The position numbers were made by a program, and so were the translations under genes. Below, piece after piece: positions 1-10,208 of a DNA stretch of 64,000 nt (positions within the stretch are counted from its first letter, which is position 1; every line of letters begins with the position of its first letter). The notes below the pieces were generated by a model. The model searched no databases. It was not told the DNA's origin and saw only the letters and a list, made by a program, of their open reading frames with translations. Origin of the DNA: Euryarchaeota archaeon UBA487 (GTDB lineage: Archaea; Thermoplasmatota; Poseidoniia; Poseidoniales; Thalassarchaeaceae); NCBI GenBank assembly GCA_002505695.1, contig DAVU01000014.1, positions 9,432 to 73,431 of the forward strand. The letters are read 5' to 3'.

Positions 1-1
1 C

Positions 2-625
2 ACAAAGAGCCTCGTCTTCCAGGGAATACCACAGTTAGATTTCGCCTCCAGCTCCCCGGGAATGTCCCTATTCATCGAAGCTGAAGGGGAGGCTATCAAC
101 CAAAAGGGCGACATCCTGATGTTGGCCGAGGGCATGGCAGACAGACTCTCAATTAAGCCCACAGAGGACTTCGGGCTTGCAGTGAAGTCTTCAGGTGACG
201 GAGTGAGTGTACTCTACATGAGGATCACCGACGTTCCCGCTACGCCCCCGGTCATTCTGGAGAACATGGAAATTCTAAGTGAGGACATCAAGAGTGCCAC
301 AATAGAGGTACATACTCTAATCTCCCAATTCGGATATTTCGAGATCTCAGATGTTCAGGGAGGCAGAATCGTTGCCTCAGCTCGTGCCTTCGCGGAGTTC
401 AATGAGGGTCAGAGGGTAGACTTGCGCGGGGTTCTATTGGACGCCCAGTTTACCAATGGAGTTCCAACAGGAACGACCTTTGGTGTCAATGGATTGGCAT
501 CCGACCTGTCGATTATCAACAGCATCCCAGGGGTCGAGGGATCTACCACGCACATCGTAATCCCCGAGCCAATGACCTCTGGCCTGACTACAATCGCTAT
601 GACTCTGATTGGAGGCTTACTCTGA
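2..625 (+). CDS. Hypothetical protein, 5'-truncated by window edge
   Basis: The frame of the 62..625 ORF is open back to position 2 (TKSLVFQGIPQLDFASSSPG-M). Its stop TGA overlaps the next ATG (TGATG at 623-627). Hydrophobic C-terminus. Confidence 0.7.
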   Translation, partial: TKSLVFQGIPQLDFASSSPGMSLFIEAEGEAINQKGDILMLAEGMADRLSIKPTEDFGLAVKSSGDGVSVLYMRITDVPATPPVILENMEILSEDIKSATIEVHTLISQFGYFEISDVQGGRIVASARAFAEFNEGQRVDLRGVLLDAQFTNGVPTGTTFGVNGLASDLSIINSIPGVEGSTTHIVIPEPMTSGLTTIAMTLIGGLL

Positions 626-1179
626 TGACTTCATCCAGAGGATTCCGGGAGATCGAACCGACTGCTGCAGACGAGGAGGCAGCGGAAGAAATCCTCGAAT
701 CAATCGAAGAGGTCCTAGAGAGGGTACATCCGGCGAGGGTGATGTTTTCCACGCTGGTAGTTTTGATCATCACGATCCTTCTGCTCGGCGGCTCGTTGTG
801 GGTCGTACCTTATGATGGGGTGACTGCCGATGTCGTTTATCGCCAATCTGGCGGCGGCCACATAGTGCTGGTCGAACTGGACAACAGAGGGTCTAGATCC
901 ATTCAAGAAATTGAAATGTCGATTAGGATGGTGGATGAGGTCGGCATCGAAGTTGGAAGGACTGACTTCAACTGGGACCAACTGGGGCCACACACCTCTA
1001 TCGCCCATGATGACCTAGAACTAGTCATAGATGGCGCCTCGGTTTGGGAGAATTACACTATCGAGATAGACTTACATTACCAATACCACAACGGTGAGAA
1101 GGAGGAAGACTGGTCCATCGATGTAGGTGGGTGGACTTCCGAATACCACATAAAATTCGGAACCTTCACAATCTTCTGA
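625..1179 (+). CDS. Hypothetical single-pass membrane protein with extracellular beta-rich domain
   Basis: Acidic N-terminus, one TM (MFSTLVVLIITILLLGGSLWVV), then an Ig/CARDB-like pattern (VELDNRGSRSI). Translationally coupled to the upstream gene. Confidence 0.75.
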   Translation: MTSSRGFREIEPTAADEEAAEEILESIEEVLERVHPARVMFSTLVVLIITILLLGGSLWVVPYDGVTADVVYRQSGGGHIVLVELDNRGSRSIQEIEMSIRMVDEVGIEVGRTDFNWDQLGPHTSIAHDDLELVIDGASVWENYTIEIDLHYQYHNGEKEEDWSIDVGGWTSEYHIKFGTFTIF

Positions 1180-1233
1180 ATCATGAACTACGCACCCATA
1201 TGCTCATAGAGAGTCAGAAATTCCTTGGCACCA

Positions 1234-4200
1234 ATGAAGAGCAGGGGAGCGCTGCTAATCACGATCCTACTGTCTATGTCTGTATTCGGCGGAGTTGAAA
1301 TCAACGACGAGGACACTCTAGAAACTCCAACCGAACCGAGGCTAGTCGACCTTTCCGGACCTCTGAAAATTCACGATCTCGTCGAACCAGTGAGGTCTAT
1401 TGGCGAAGAGCGGGATCGCACATTGGCAGCATACACGCCCATAGGAACCTTCACACTGGAAACTTTCATTCCGAACCAAGAAATCCAACAATCTCTCGCA
1501 ACAGAACGGCCAGACCTAACTATGCTCATAATCAGCGATCGCTCCACTATGTGGGATGCAAGAGTCGCGATCGATGAGGTACCAGGGGTCCAGATAAGGA
1601 CCGCAGTTCCCCCATCTGGATTCCTCGTACAAGGTGAACCAAATTCGTTGACCCAGGCAGCCTCATTGGACGTTGTCGCTAGCTCCCACAAGGTCCCGGC
1701 TGCGCTTCTGGTCCATCCAACCATAGCTGAGGTAGAAGAGCTGACCATGATTGAGGTTCTAGGATGGAATACTGAGTCTGGGGAGAGGTCCGATCATTCA
1801 GCGCCGTTAGATTTAGGCGACCTTTCAGACATGAACTCACTCGGATTCGAGGATACCGGGTTAGTTGACGATGGTCGAAGATGGGGGTTTGCAAGCGAGG
1901 AAAATATCCCACAGCTTGCAATGAACCCAGCTGTTTCTTGGATTTCACCAATTAACGACATACGCCTATCCAATGATCAAGTCAGAGACCACACTGAATC
2001 CGAAGACGTCACGAACTGGTTCTCATCGACCTTGGATGGATCTGGCCAAATAATCGCCGTCGGGGACTCTGGAATCGACCATGATCACGGGGACTTTGGC
2101 TCAAGGATCATCTCAAGAACATCAGTCACCCCAGGTGACAGCTCCACTGCAGACGGGTCAGGACACGGTACACATGTTGCTTGTACAGCTGTTGGCTCGG
2201 GATACAGGAGCTCGGGTCAGTACGCAGGAGTCGCGCCAGAGGCCGAAATAGTCTTCCAGGCCATGGAAGATGATGATTCAGGAAACCTGTACAGCTACGG
2301 GATAGACACAATGCTTGTTCAGGCCTACAACGAAGCGGCTAGATTTCACACCAACAGTTGGGGCTCCGGCTCTGGATTTGGAAGTTACACCACATCAGCC
2401 GAGGACGCTGACGACAGAATAAGTACGTGGGACCAGTATTGGCAATATGAAGGTATGACAGTCCTTTTTTCAGCCGGGAATGAGGGCAGTAACGGAATAT
2501 CCCCTCCTGCAACCGCAAAGAACGTGATTGCCGTCGGAGCACATCAAAACCGATACAGCGGCGCCCCTGATGCCATGTATCCTTACAGCAGTGAAGGTCC
2601 AACTGACGATGGCCGTATCAAACCTGATGTGATCGCACCTGGGATGTACGTCCGATCATGTCAGGCACAGGAATCCGGTGGTTCGTCAGACCTCGGCCAG
2701 TGGTATGAGGAATCCAGCGGAACTTCTATGGCAACCCCTGCAGCAGCTGGAGCATCAATCCTAATCCGAGAATACCTGATGGAGGTCGCCGAAAGACCTG
2801 CCCCACAGGCCTCCCTGATCAAGGCAATGCTGATATTAGGAGCCGAGGACATCGGAACTCCGAATATCCCCAACAACGCAGAGGGATGGGGAAGAATAGA
2901 CCTAACGAATAGTCTGGTACCTGACTCAGATGTCGGAATATTCGTCGATGATCGTCATAGGCTAAGGAGCGGGGAGTATGACGATTACAGCTTCGATGTG
3001 ACCAGATCCGGCGAACCACTGAAGGTCGTTCTGGCATGGTCCGACTACCCAGGTTCGTCCTCTTCCACAGATCAATTGCGGAACGACCTCAACCTAGAGG
3101 TGATTTCGCCGGACGGATCTACAACATACATCGGAAATGTATTTTCCCAGGGACGCTCAGTGACAGGTGGCCAACCTGACTCGACGAATAACGTAGAAGT
3201 CGCTCTAATCGAGTCCGCGGGAACCGGCGTCTGGACAGTCAGAGTAAGCGACGTCTACCACTCCGGCGCTCGACAGTACCAGCCGTACTCAATTGCAATC
3301 AGAGGTGTTAACGTCAATGATCTGACTCCTGACCCCACTGTCGACCCTGACAGCTTCTCCCTCTCCACACCCATACCCCAGGTTGGAGAGGCCGTCACCG
3401 TCGGTGCCTCCATTGTGAACCTAGGCGCTGGTTCGGTTCCATCCCTGTCGATCACAGCCTCAGCCGCTGGACAACCACTAGGAGTCAGAACAATATCGAT
3501 GGCCCCGGGCGAATCCGTTCCAGTAGAGTGGGACTGGACCCCAACAGCATCTGGGAACATAGAAGTCACGATTGAGGTCGATCCGACAGACCAAGTAGAG
3601 GAGACGGCTGAGGACAATAACCGCTTGTCCTCTTTTGTCTTGGTTAGCGAGCCGGGCATCAGAGTTGACACAATGAACCCAAATCCTGTGATGACTGATC
3701 CAAGAGGCACCACCAGTTTCGACATCCAGTTGACAAATACAGCATTATTTCCAACCAACGCATCAATTTCAGCCTCCAGCGTGATCCGGCTTTCCGATGG
3801 CGCTGTTATGCCATGGTACAGTTCCTTCTCCATAACCCAAGTTCAACTGAATGCCTCAGAGACAGAACAACTGACCTTCGCCCTTACTCACCCAAACCCT
3901 CCAGAACCAGGAATCTACAGGGTTATTGTCACCGGTTTGGATACGGAGAATGACGTCACCAGCGAGCTAATCCTGAAGCTAACAGTGTCATCTTTCCCGG
4001 ACATTGAATTTAGAGTCCCGGGAGGGATTCTGGCGATTGACGCATTCGAACCCACCGAGGCATATTTGCAATTATCAAACGAAGGCAATGGTCCACAGAC
4101 CTATGACCTAGCCCTTGAGTCTCCCGCGGGTTGGAGGGCTACGTTGGATAATCTAGGCACTTTTGTAGACTCAACTCACGGCTCAACCGGCATATTAGGA

Positions 4201-5637
4201 CAAGGCAATACAAGACAAATAGACATCACACTAACCCCTCCATCCGTAGTGGTTTCTGCAGGCACCTTGATCAACGCTGAGCTCACTATATCAGCAAGGA
4301 CCACAAGTGACACATGGGTCCACCAAATCCCACTAATAGTCGCCGCAAAAGACGATGTCAGTTTAACGCCAAGCTCTGGAGGGATCGATTCGCAAGTCAG
4401 GCCAGACGACATACACGAGATCCCGATACAGATTGTAAATCAAGGAAACAGGGACATAACCCTCACTCCTCAAATCCTCTCACTACCTGGTGGTTGGAAT
4501 AGCCTATCCAACACCCAGCCAATCACGATAGAACAAGGGTCAACATCGATATGGTATTTGACCATACAGGGCAATGGCTTGGCAGCAAGCGGTCTCGCAA
4601 AGGTCAGATTTCTGACTCAGGATGGCTCCGCATTTTCGTGGAACAGAACAATAGAGGTGACCTCTGGCGCCGTGCCAATTGTCTCATTCAGGTCGATAGT
4701 GCTCGCTGATGGCTCGACATCACCAAGCCCGTTGGGGCTTGGGCCTTTGCCTGTTGCAACCCCGTTCGACCTATCTTGGACAGTATCCAATCAAGGTCAA
4801 GGATCTTGGTCTCCTGTGGCCAGCTTGGTTTCACAGGGGGATGGATGGAATATATCCTGCACCCCGGTGAGCCCTGTTCAGCCAGCTGCGTCCTCGGTAG
4901 CGTGGTGTTCCGTAATCATCCCTGAGTCTCAAGCCGGAAATGCAGAGGTTCCCTTGACACTGAGGCTTGAATCCGAAGGCCTCCTAGCTATCGATACTGT
5001 CTCAATATTAGTACAACAGACGTCCAAGATCTCATGGACAATGCAGGGTAACGCCCCCATCTTGAAATCAGGGGAAAGCACACTCATAACCCTTCAAGCG
5101 GAGAACCAAGGGAATACTCAGATCAACACTAAAATTATCGTAGAAACTCCTCCCAACGGATGGGATCACCAAGTATCTGGAAGTGAGATCCTCTCCCTGT
5201 CCCCGGGTGAGTCTAGGACCGTTGAGATCTACCTAACCGTCGGAGAATCACGAGGCCCGGTATTCATTGAACTCCAAGGAGGTACGCTAATCGATGGGTC
5301 AACTTTCCAATTGCCTCTACAGGTACGCGCCATTGACTCTCAGGGCATGATTTCGGCCTGGTTCATGCTCGCTGTGTTGATCGTGGTGGGCCTAGCTGGC
5401 AGCCTAGTTGTAGTGCAGTTCAGGAAGAGGAGGGGAGATGTCATGGATCGAACCGGAGTCGAAGAGGAGATACCCTGTTTCCTCTGTGACTCACCCATCG
5501 TCGTCGGGAATGCATTGGCGTGTGGGGAGTGCGGTGCAAGATATCACCGGGTGGGACAATCCGGTAGTTGCAACGTATCCGAGATGGAGGTATGCATCAA
5601 CTGCGGGGCTTCCCGGGACCTCCTAGTAAATGCCTAA
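1234..5637 (+). CDS. Membrane-anchored S8 (subtilisin-like) serine peptidase with CARDB/Ig-like repeats, C-terminal TM and cytoplasmic Cys/His zinc domain
   Basis: Triad motifs IAVGDSGID, GHGTHVA and GTSMATP; oxyanion Asn in FSAGNEG; signal peptide; CARDB-like IEVDPTDQVEETAEDNN; TM followed by RKRR; CFLC..CGECxxxxH..C..CINC. ATG at 1234 preferred over TTG at 1225. Confidence 0.93.
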   Translation: MKSRGALLITILLSMSVFGGVEINDEDTLETPTEPRLVDLSGPLKIHDLVEPVRSIGEERDRTLAAYTPIGTFTLETFIPNQEIQQSLATERPDLTMLIISDRSTMWDARVAIDEVPGVQIRTAVPPSGFLVQGEPNSLTQAASLDVVASSHKVPAALLVHPTIAEVEELTMIEVLGWNTESGERSDHSAPLDLGDLSDMNSLGFEDTGLVDDGRRWGFASEENIPQLAMNPAVSWISPINDIRLSNDQVRDHTESEDVTNWFSSTLDGSGQIIAVGDSGIDHDHGDFGSRIISRTSVTPGDSSTADGSGHGTHVACTAVGSGYRSSGQYAGVAPEAEIVFQAMEDDDSGNLYSYGIDTMLVQAYNEAARFHTNSWGSGSGFGSYTTSAEDADDRISTWDQYWQYEGMTVLFSAGNEGSNGISPPATAKNVIAVGAHQNRYSGAPDAMYPYSSEGPTDDGRIKPDVIAPGMYVRSCQAQESGGSSDLGQWYEESSGTSMATPAAAGASILIREYLMEVAERPAPQASLIKAMLILGAEDIGTPNIPNNAEGWGRIDLTNSLVPDSDVGIFVDDRHRLRSGEYDDYSFDVTRSGEPLKVVLAWSDYPGSSSSTDQLRNDLNLEVISPDGSTTYIGNVFSQGRSVTGGQPDSTNNVEVALIESAGTGVWTVRVSDVYHSGARQYQPYSIAIRGVNVNDLTPDPTVDPDSFSLSTPIPQVGEAVTVGASIVNLGAGSVPSLSITASAAGQPLGVRTISMAPGESVPVEWDWTPTASGNIEVTIEVDPTDQVEETAEDNNRLSSFVLVSEPGIRVDTMNPNPVMTDPRGTTSFDIQLTNTALFPTNASISASSVIRLSDGAVMPWYSSFSITQVQLNASETEQLTFALTHPNPPEPGIYRVIVTGLDTENDVTSELILKLTVSSFPDIEFRVPGGILAIDAFEPTEAYLQLSNEGNGPQTYDLALESPAGWRATLDNLGTFVDSTHGSTGILGQGNTRQIDITLTPPSVVVSAGTLINAELTISARTTSDTWVHQIPLIVAAKDDVSLTPSSGGIDSQVRPDDIHEIPIQIVNQGNRDITLTPQILSLPGGWNSLSNTQPITIEQGSTSIWYLTIQGNGLAASGLAKVRFLTQDGSAFSWNRTIEVTSGAVPIVSFRSIVLADGSTSPSPLGLGPLPVATPFDLSWTVSNQGQGSWSPVASLVSQGDGWNISCTPVSPVQPAASSVAWCSVIIPESQAGNAEVPLTLRLESEGLLAIDTVSILVQQTSKISWTMQGNAPILKSGESTLITLQAENQGNTQINTKIIVETPPNGWDHQVSGSEILSLSPGESRTVEIYLTVGESRGPVFIELQGGTLIDGSTFQLPLQVRAIDSQGMISAWFMLAVLIVVGLAGSLVVVQFRKRRGDVMDRTGVEEEIPCFLCDSPIVVGNALACGECGARYHRVGQSGSCNVSEMEVCINCGASRDLLVNA

Positions 5638-5702
5638 TTCGCTACATGTAGCGTCCCAGCCGCCGAAGCCCTTAGAGAGGTTAAGAGCGGGATAGGTGGT
5701 TT

Positions 5703-8384
5703 GTGAGACCCCGCTCAGTCACACTAGTCACGACTATCTTGCTAGTCGCAGCCCTCGCTCCAACGGTCGCAGCGGACGTTGATCCGCAACTGTCCACACC
5801 CATATCGGAGCTACAGGCCACAACTAGCGATCCCGCCGTTTATGAGATAACGATCCGCAACAATGGGGACGATGACATGACATATACGCTGCAGACACAA
5901 CAAGGAACGGGCTGTGGGGGCTTCACCTCAACAGTCGACTCTCCCTCCGGCAGTGTAAATTCCAATGGCGAGGAGCTGGTAGATTTGACAGTCCAAGTGG
6001 ACGACACAGCCGCTGGTGAATGCGAGACGACTCTGACCATTACAGCGACGGGTGGCACTCCACCAACACCACAATCAGACTCTCTGACAGTGACCACCAC
6101 TGCCGAGGATGGGGGCTTGTACTCAGTCGTCCTCACCACAGATGACCTGACCAAGGAGTATGACCTAGAAGGCGACACAATCGACTGGATCGTCAATGTG
6201 GAAAATAATGGAGATCAACAGGCAACGATACAGTTGGCAGTTGAGAATGACAGTGGCTGTGACTCAGATGACGACTCAGTTTCCGCAACGGTCAACCCTG
6301 CTACTGTAAGCCTAAATTCGGGTGATAACGAGGATGTTGATTTTGTGATCACTCTCGATGATGAGGGTGAAACAGATGCAGGCGATCATTGCTTTATCCT
6401 TAGGGCGACGGTGAACAACGATCCAAGTCCAGACCAGGCAGAGGACAATCTCACGTTGACTGGCATCGTCCCAGAAATAAGATCCTGTGAAGAGACGCTC
6501 GATTGGACATTTGTAAATCTACAGCCCGGACAGACCAGCACAGAGAACAACCTAGAGGTCACAAATACCGGAAACACCGCATGGACAGCATCAGTGCAAG
6601 CACAGAGTTCTGGAGGCGAAGATATATCCGGCTGGGTCTCGTTTGACAGCCCGACAAGCAAACTCCTCGCAGAACCCGGGAACAATGGCGATTCGTTCAC
6701 CTTTGGGTTCGACATCACCCCCGATTCGTCAGTGGAATCCGGTTCCAGCGTAGATATCAGGATCATGGCGAAGGCGGGCTCCTCGGTAGGATGCGAGGCC
6801 ATCGTCACTGTGAAAGTGGGGCAAATACACGCCGGAGATATTTCCCTTAACACTGGGACAATCTCTAACGTTGAGCCTGGTAGCCAGCCCCAGGTGACAA
6901 TATCACTAGAAAATACTGGGAATGGCGCAGACACATTCACATTGAACACTGACCCTCTCCCACCCGGATGGAGCGTTTCCTTCTCACCTCCATCACACAG
7001 CCTAAATGCCGCTCAGACCTCGAACAACGAGGCAACTTCCACTGCAGTCATCACGGTTCCGGATGATGCTCTCGCTGGCTCGACATCAATTAAATTCAAG
7101 ATTTCTGGGGGTGGGGGCCCCGATTCTCTTGATTCCGTAACTTTGACTGTAAACGTCAACCAAAGGCATGAGGTAGAGTTGGAATTCACATCCACCTCGC
7201 AAAACGGCCGCACGGACCAAATAGTCAGGTTCCCCTTCGTAGTGACAAACCACGGGAACGTAGAGGACACAATCAAGCTCCAAGTTTGTGATCCCGGCGA
7301 TCAAACTGGTTGTAATGCGCCTGAATGGGGTGCATCCTACTCGGATTCGAACGGAAATGGAATCAACCAGGTCAGTCTGGAGCCAGGCCAATCAAGAAAC
7401 CTGTATCTGGATGTCAACGTGGAGGGTGAGGAGAATGCCGACTCAGCCAAGATATTGGCTAGGGCGGCGGTGTTCGGAGCCGATGCTGACGCTAAGGAAA
7501 CCGTGACAGTGACGGTCTCGAATTACAATTATTCGTTTGAAATATCGCCATTGGAACCCGGCATGATGCCTGACCAAATAGATCTGACACTTCCACCAGG
7601 AGGTGAAACAACAGTTTCCTTCTATGTTGACAACACAGGGGACTACCCTGCCGGTGACAATCTTGAGATTGAGATCACCGGTCTTGAGGCACTCGTCATC
7701 AGAACAGTCAGTATCCAAGGCAACACCATAACAGCACCAGTACCAGTGGGCGCAGGGGAGAGAATACAAGTTGATGTGAGGCTTGAGGTGGTTCAAGGAT
7801 CAGCCAACGGTTTGAATGGACTAATGCAAATCAGCACTTTCTCGACATTGAATCCAAACGAAGCCTCTGCCATCGACATAGCGGTGGAGATCCGAACAAT
7901 TCACGATCTACGGATAACAATGGAAGAGGCGACTAAGCAAACTACAACATATCCTGACAAGGGCGAATACACCTTCTTTGTGACAAATAACGGCAACGTT
8001 GTTGAGGACGTCGTGGTTATTCCTACCGAGTCCCTGAGAGGGTGGTCTGTTGACATTTTGCCGGACAATTTTGACTTGGAACCAGGTCAAACCATGGAAA
8101 TAAGGGTGAACACCCTCCCACCAGCAGATCTCATTTCTGACGATGAATATCGGTTCACCATTGTCGTGCAACCAAAGGGCCTACCGGCTGCAGGGCAGCC
8201 ACTCGATTTAGTGACGGTGACGAACCTTCCTGCCGGCTTCCTGTCCCTGTCGGATACAGCAGAGCAGATCCTGATCATATCCCTCATCGGAATTGGGGTT
8301 CTGACGATCACGGTTCTAACTTTCAGATCGAGACGAGAAAACCAGCGAATATTAGAGGCGCTGAGCGATGAGCACAAGCTCTGA
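5703..8384 (+). CDS. Large cell-surface protein with tandem Ig-like (NEW3/COG1470-like) domains and C-terminal TM anchor
   Basis: GTG start preceded by AGGTGG; signal peptide; repeated V/I-x-N-x-G-(N)-x-x-D/E motifs (IRNNGDDD, VENNGDQQ, VTNTGNTA, LENTGNGAD, VTNHGNVED, VDNTGD, VTNNGNVVED); TM followed by RSRR. Confidence 0.85.
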   Translation: MRPRSVTLVTTILLVAALAPTVAADVDPQLSTPISELQATTSDPAVYEITIRNNGDDDMTYTLQTQQGTGCGGFTSTVDSPSGSVNSNGEELVDLTVQVDDTAAGECETTLTITATGGTPPTPQSDSLTVTTTAEDGGLYSVVLTTDDLTKEYDLEGDTIDWIVNVENNGDQQATIQLAVENDSGCDSDDDSVSATVNPATVSLNSGDNEDVDFVITLDDEGETDAGDHCFILRATVNNDPSPDQAEDNLTLTGIVPEIRSCEETLDWTFVNLQPGQTSTENNLEVTNTGNTAWTASVQAQSSGGEDISGWVSFDSPTSKLLAEPGNNGDSFTFGFDITPDSSVESGSSVDIRIMAKAGSSVGCEAIVTVKVGQIHAGDISLNTGTISNVEPGSQPQVTISLENTGNGADTFTLNTDPLPPGWSVSFSPPSHSLNAAQTSNNEATSTAVITVPDDALAGSTSIKFKISGGGGPDSLDSVTLTVNVNQRHEVELEFTSTSQNGRTDQIVRFPFVVTNHGNVEDTIKLQVCDPGDQTGCNAPEWGASYSDSNGNGINQVSLEPGQSRNLYLDVNVEGEENADSAKILARAAVFGADADAKETVTVTVSNYNYSFEISPLEPGMMPDQIDLTLPPGGETTVSFYVDNTGDYPAGDNLEIEITGLEALVIRTVSIQGNTITAPVPVGAGERIQVDVRLEVVQGSANGLNGLMQISTFSTLNPNEASAIDIAVEIRTIHDLRITMEEATKQTTTYPDKGEYTFFVTNNGNVVEDVVVIPTESLRGWSVDILPDNFDLEPGQTMEIRVNTLPPADLISDDEYRFTIVVQPKGLPAAGQPLDLVTVTNLPAGFLSLSDTAEQILIISLIGIGVLTITVLTFRSRRENQRILEALSDEHKL

Positions 8385-8452
8385 CCGAGCAGATCTTTTA
8401 GATGGGTTTATGGAGCATTTTCTGGTGCGTAGTCTCGTAGCCCCCTCGGGGG

Positions 8453-8914
8453 TTGGTGGTGGTGCTCATGGATACAGTCACGGAGGCGTATCTTGCATTC
8501 GCTATAATGACCCTCGTAGGCATCGGTTTTCCAGTTGGAGCATTTATCGCCTCCTACTTCCTTAGGCCGATCGAGGACCCCAATGACAGGACCAAAGTTC
8601 GATCAATACTTCTGCCTGGATATGACAGGGACCATACCCTGTACCCCAGGGCCGCCACAACCTACGAGTGCGGCGCAGAACCGCTAGGAGAAGCACACAT
8701 CAACTTCCACTTCCAATATTATTGGTATGCCATTATTTTCCTAGTCTTTGACATCGCATTCATGTTCCTTGCATTCGGCGGCATAGTGGCCATAGATTCA
8801 ACCTTAGATCAGTCTGAGGTTATTTCGGCGTTGGTGACAATGTCAATTTTCATGCTCCTCATGAGCCTGGGTGTTTGGCATGTTTTCAGGAAAAGAGGAA
8901 GAATCTACATTTGA
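8453..8914 (+). CDS. nuoA: Complex I-like oxidoreductase subunit A
   Basis: YECGAEP and YYWYAIIFLVFDI motifs; 3 TM; first gene of the nuo operon. Confidence 0.93.
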   Translation: MVVVLMDTVTEAYLAFAIMTLVGIGFPVGAFIASYFLRPIEDPNDRTKVRSILLPGYDRDHTLYPRAATTYECGAEPLGEAHINFHFQYYWYAIIFLVFDIAFMFLAFGGIVAIDSTLDQSEVISALVTMSIFMLLMSLGVWHVFRKRGRIYI

Positions 8915-8919
8915 GGTGG
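8913..8919 (+). promoter_or_regulatory. Shine-Dalgarno-like site upstream of nuoB (representative of recurring GAGGTG/GGAGG sites in the nuo operon)
   Basis: GAGGTGG before nuoB; similar AGGTGG (nuoC), GAGGTGA (nuoH), GAGGTA (nuoL) and GGAGG (nuoN) a few nt upstream of the starts. Confidence 0.7.
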
Positions 8920-8923
8920 ACCC

Positions 8924-9520
8924 ATGGCGGATGACAATCAGAACTTCTCAGTGTTCAACAGCAGAATTCTAGTCGATACCGTAGGTCACGTCACCGATGA
9001 AGCTCTGAAGGCCTCGAGAATAAAAGACGTAATCGGCGTGTTGGCCGGGAGACTCTTCAACTGGGGCCAGAGGAAATCGTTATTCCCACTCCACCTGGGA
9101 ATAAAGTGCTGCGCTCTGGAGATGGCCGCAGCCGGTGCCAGCCGATTCGATGCGGAGCGATTTGGAGTGTTTTTCAGATCAAGTCCTCGCCAATGCGACG
9201 TCTTGTTGGTTAACGGGCCCGTGAGCAAGAAATTCGCCGACCCCCTCGTTCGATTGTGGGAGCAAATGCCTGAACCCAAATGGTGCATCGCAATGGGGGA
9301 ATGCGCCATCTCAGGAGGGCCGTATTTCCAGTCATACAACATCTTGGAAGGCGTAGACACCGTGATACCGGTTGATGTTTACATTCCCGGCTGTCCCCCC
9401 AGGCCAGAAGCTTTGATAGATGGGTTTGCCAAACTCAGGCAGAAAATAATTAGGATCGGTGCTGTTCCAAGCGAGGACAGATCAGAGGTCGAAGTACCCC
9501 TGATACTAGGCGATGACTGA
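8924..9520 (+). CDS. nuoB: Complex I-like subunit B (N2 Fe-S cluster)
   Basis: GIKCCALEM, RSSPRQCD, EPKWCIAMGECAISGG, PVDVYIPGCPPRPE; SD GAGGTGG upstream. Confidence 0.96.
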   Translation: MADDNQNFSVFNSRILVDTVGHVTDEALKASRIKDVIGVLAGRLFNWGQRKSLFPLHLGIKCCALEMAAAGASRFDAERFGVFFRSSPRQCDVLLVNGPVSKKFADPLVRLWEQMPEPKWCIAMGECAISGGPYFQSYNILEGVDTVIPVDVYIPGCPPRPEALIDGFAKLRQKIIRIGAVPSEDRSEVEVPLILGDD

Positions 9521-9529
9521 CTTAGGTGG

Positions 9530-10198
9530 TTGCACATGGGAAAGAGAGTCAGCGCCGAGGCACAGAAGGAAGCCGTTTCGAAACTTCTGGAAGACGTGTC
9601 GTCCATAGAAGGGGTAGAGGGCGAAGTTCTGACTAGGACAAACGGCACCCAAGACCGAAACATCGCCCACATCACATGCCAACCGTCAGCATGGAGGGAC
9701 CTCGCTGAGACAATGAAATACGACCATCTCGTTGACCATTGCTCAATGATCACAGGGATTCACTGGCCCGACTCAAAAGAAAGAAACTGGGAACTGATCT
9801 ATCATTTCCTGAGAACTGGGGTTTTGGATCCTGAGACTACCGAAAATGGATCCTCGATCATTCCTAACATCACCGATACCAAAAAACTCAGTGGAAACAC
9901 CGTCCCCATAGAGATCCAAGTCAACGTTGCCATCCCCGAGACGAGAACACCATCAATTGCATCGGTCCAAGATATCTGGATTGGAGCAGACTGGAATGAG
10001 AAAGAAACATGGGATCTGGTAGGGATTGACTTTGCGGGTCACGAAGGCATGAGACGAGTACTGAATCCACATGAAACCCCCCCAGGTTATCATCCTCTAC
10101 AGAAACAGCACAAACTTCGATATCATGGATTCGAGGAAATGTACGATGATGCCCAGGGATTCCTGAGGAAAGCTCCAGATTCTGGACGAGTGAAGTGA
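9530..10198 (+). CDS. nuoC: Complex I-like subunit C
   Basis: WIGADWNEKETWDLVGIDFAGHEGMRRVL..GYHPLQK corresponds to the NuoC signature; position in operon. Confidence 0.9.
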   Translation: MHMGKRVSAEAQKEAVSKLLEDVSSIEGVEGEVLTRTNGTQDRNIAHITCQPSAWRDLAETMKYDHLVDHCSMITGIHWPDSKERNWELIYHFLRTGVLDPETTENGSSIIPNITDTKKLSGNTVPIEIQVNVAIPETRTPSIASVQDIWIGADWNEKETWDLVGIDFAGHEGMRRVLNPHETPPGYHPLQKQHKLRYHGFEEMYDDAQGFLRKAPDSGRVK

Positions 10199-10208
10199 GG
10201 GTGTAAAA

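Noticed and set aside
556-625. PEP-CTERM-like signal (IPEP + hydrophobic tail) on the first ORF
   Set aside because: No terminal basic residues, a short hydrophobic segment and a truncated N-terminus; insufficient support.
5641-5652. Perfect 12-bp palindrome GCTACATGTAGC after the S8 gene
   Set aside because: Single short occurrence with no T-tract; compatible with chance.
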